Assembly (NCBI GenBank): GCA_003427395.1
Contig: BFEA01000001.1
Span: 1,694,280 to 1,758,279, forward strand
Origin: Chara braunii
Taxonomy: Eukaryota; Plantae; Charophyceae
Length of the DNA: 64,000 nucleotides
Reading direction: 5' to 3'
The notes beneath the pieces are model-generated. The model was given only the letters and a program-made list of their open reading frames with translations. It was not told where the DNA came from and did not search any database. Position 1 is the first letter of the stretch. Every line of letters begins with the position of its first letter. Position numbers and translations under genes: made by a program. Of the stretch, positions 62,001 to 64,000 are shown piece by piece.

Positions 62001-63865
62001 AAACGAAGGAGGGGGGCCCAGAGTACGGGCAGGGCCAGAAGTGAAAACATGGGGTAGTCAGGCACAGGTACGTGGCCTCCACCTCCTCACCACGTCGACC
62101 TACCTCCTACCACTAATTACTAACTCTTGAGTGGGTCTGACTTTCACTGGTTGCCGAATACCCTTCCCACAATGTGCACTGCCTTCTTCTTCCCAAAACG
62201 ATATATATATACTTTCTTTTTTTTTTACAAAGCTGACTGGTTGCTAGACTCAAAGCAAATCAAATATGTCACAAGACTTGCACCAGCCCAGCAGCAGCGA
62301 CACCAGGATGTGGAAGGTACCAATCACCAAGACAATTCAGCAAGCAATACAGGGCTTAGGGGGGGGAATGCACTGCGCTTCAGTGAACGTTACGTTGATG
62401 AAGCTCCACGATCGCTCCAATGCTCCAGCGCAGCAGGTACGTAATCACCAGCCCAACTAGCCACTTCTTCTTCAGCCCACCTTCCCCCCCTTCGTCAGAC
62501 TTCTCCCCACTCACTTCTCTCTCTCGCCGGCCTTAATCATTGCCAGCGATATCCAGTGGATGCAGTGAGCATTTGCTCCGATACCAGTTTGCAATGAACC
62601 TCCCAGTTCTCCACCAATGAGCGCACACAATCACACACCATGCACAAATGAGCTCACACGAAGTTCACACTGGAGGCTAGAGAGACGAAGACCAGGTAAG
62701 TGCAGCTTTATAATTCCAACAAATTATCGTATGAGCAATTAAGAGTTCCAGTCACAAGTGCTCAACAGCGCAGATCCAAGTAACCAGTATCCTCATTCAG
62801 GTAGGTACCTCTCTCACTGCTCTTCTCTCTTCTCTCTCAGTCTTCTCTCTGTATGGTACCTCCCTGTGTCTTCGCTCCCTACCACTCTGAATACATCCAC
62901 TGCTAACTCCACTAACCCCTCTGAGGTCTACTACTAACTACTAGCACTGGCGCGGCTATGGCTGCCTTCCCTCTGCCAGCTGCGGGGCAGCTATGGCTGC
63001 TCCCTCTCTCTCCCTCTACCAGCGCAGCTCCCTGGCTCAGCGCTCAGCTCCTCACAATAGCGCACAAGTGCACCAGCACTTCCACACCTCGTGCGAATGA
63101 GCAATCTGCCCCAATGAGGAGGCTGCGCAGTCCTTATATTGTCTTGGACTGAACTTGAACTCGTCCCAGCCTCTGCTTCTTGGGCTTGACTTGGTTCTGG
63201 TACCACATCCCCACGGCCTGTTTGCTTCAGAATGTCAGGGCCTGGTACTTTTCCTGAATTTCCATTGGTGTGCTGCTGCTTGGGCCTGTGAGTCACGACT
63301 TTTCACTTGTGGAACATGACTGTTGACTGTGGATTGTGACTCCTGCCTCTGGGACACGACTTTTGCTTGGGGAAGTGTCCTTTGCCCGTAGGATGTGACT
63401 TTTCAATATGACTCGTCAATATGAGACATGAGTTTTGCTTATAGAATGCAACCTTTGCCCCTGGGACGTGACTGTTCACCTGGTGCCTGTTGGACTTGAC
63501 TCCTAAGGTACCCGACTGTGACTTCTCTGAAACTGACCGTCTTGGCCTAAGACCTTGACCCTGAACCTCGAATTTGGGCGGGGTCTGAATAGTGGAAGGC
63601 CTTTCAAGTCCATCCTTTGGTGGGTTACGCATCATCGCGGGGCATGCGTTACGTCATTGAATGCGGTCATGGCTCCGACGAGTGGCAGCAGTATCTTCCA
63701 TTTCCTCAGAGGCAAACAGAGTATAAAACGTTTCACACATGGCGAATGGTGCGAGACTGTTATGCTATGTGAGGCATTACGATTATTGCCTTCACTGAGC
63801 GGAAGGCTATCTTGTCCCTACACTTATAGAAATCGCTATTCGGGGCGCAGCGTTTGGTGCTGGCT

Positions 63866-64000
63866 GCTCATCGTGGATACGTGCTTTTCGTGCTCATCGT
63901 GGATCCGTGCTTTTCTTTGGTGCGTGATCACGTGCTCATCATCGATCCGTGCTTTTCGTGCTCATCGTGGATCCGTGCTTTTCTTTGGTGCATGATCACG
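63866..64000. repeat. ~26-bp tandem repeat
   Basis: Repeats of GCTCATCGTGGATCCGTGCTTTTC. Confidence 0.85.

Larger units (their letters stand above)
55202..63606 (-). mobile_element. Full-length degenerate Ty3/Gypsy chromovirus
   Basis: LTRs at 55202-56287 and 62590-63606 (TG..CA). PBS TGGTATCGGAGC at 62575-62586. Domain order gag-PR-RT-RH-INT-chromo. Flanks AATC/AGTC. Confidence 0.95.

Overview
Eukaryotic, transposon-saturated genomic DNA with five assembly gaps. No prokaryotic operons, CRISPR arrays or intact rRNA/tRNA genes were seen. The repeat content and element types are most consistent with a large-genome streptophyte alga such as Chara, which is an inference. 1-20.4 kb: nested relics of long Tat/Ogre-like LTRs. 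Two diverged copies lie in opposite orientation, and one ends at a tRNA-Arg-like PBS. These LTRs contain (i) a mosaic of degenerate 25S/28S rRNA segments in both orientations and (ii) dispersed arrays of stem-loops with a constant loop and co-varying stems. A 3-kb TG..CA element with ~130-bp TIRs and a 4-bp TSD sits inside one LTR. 21-32.2 kb: a decayed L1/Tx1-type LINE with three nested poly(A)-tailed retro-inserts, one carrying a triplicated structured-RNA motif. From 32.8 kb: a plus-strand host gene (three visible exons, probable GC-AG first intron) whose long introns hold a Penelope-like element with N-terminal SAP + GIY-YIG and RT, a canonical type III hammerhead ribozyme inside a (CA)n tract, satellites, Ty3/Gypsy fragments and a full-length degenerate chromovirus. 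Most ORFs in the supplied track are spurious.
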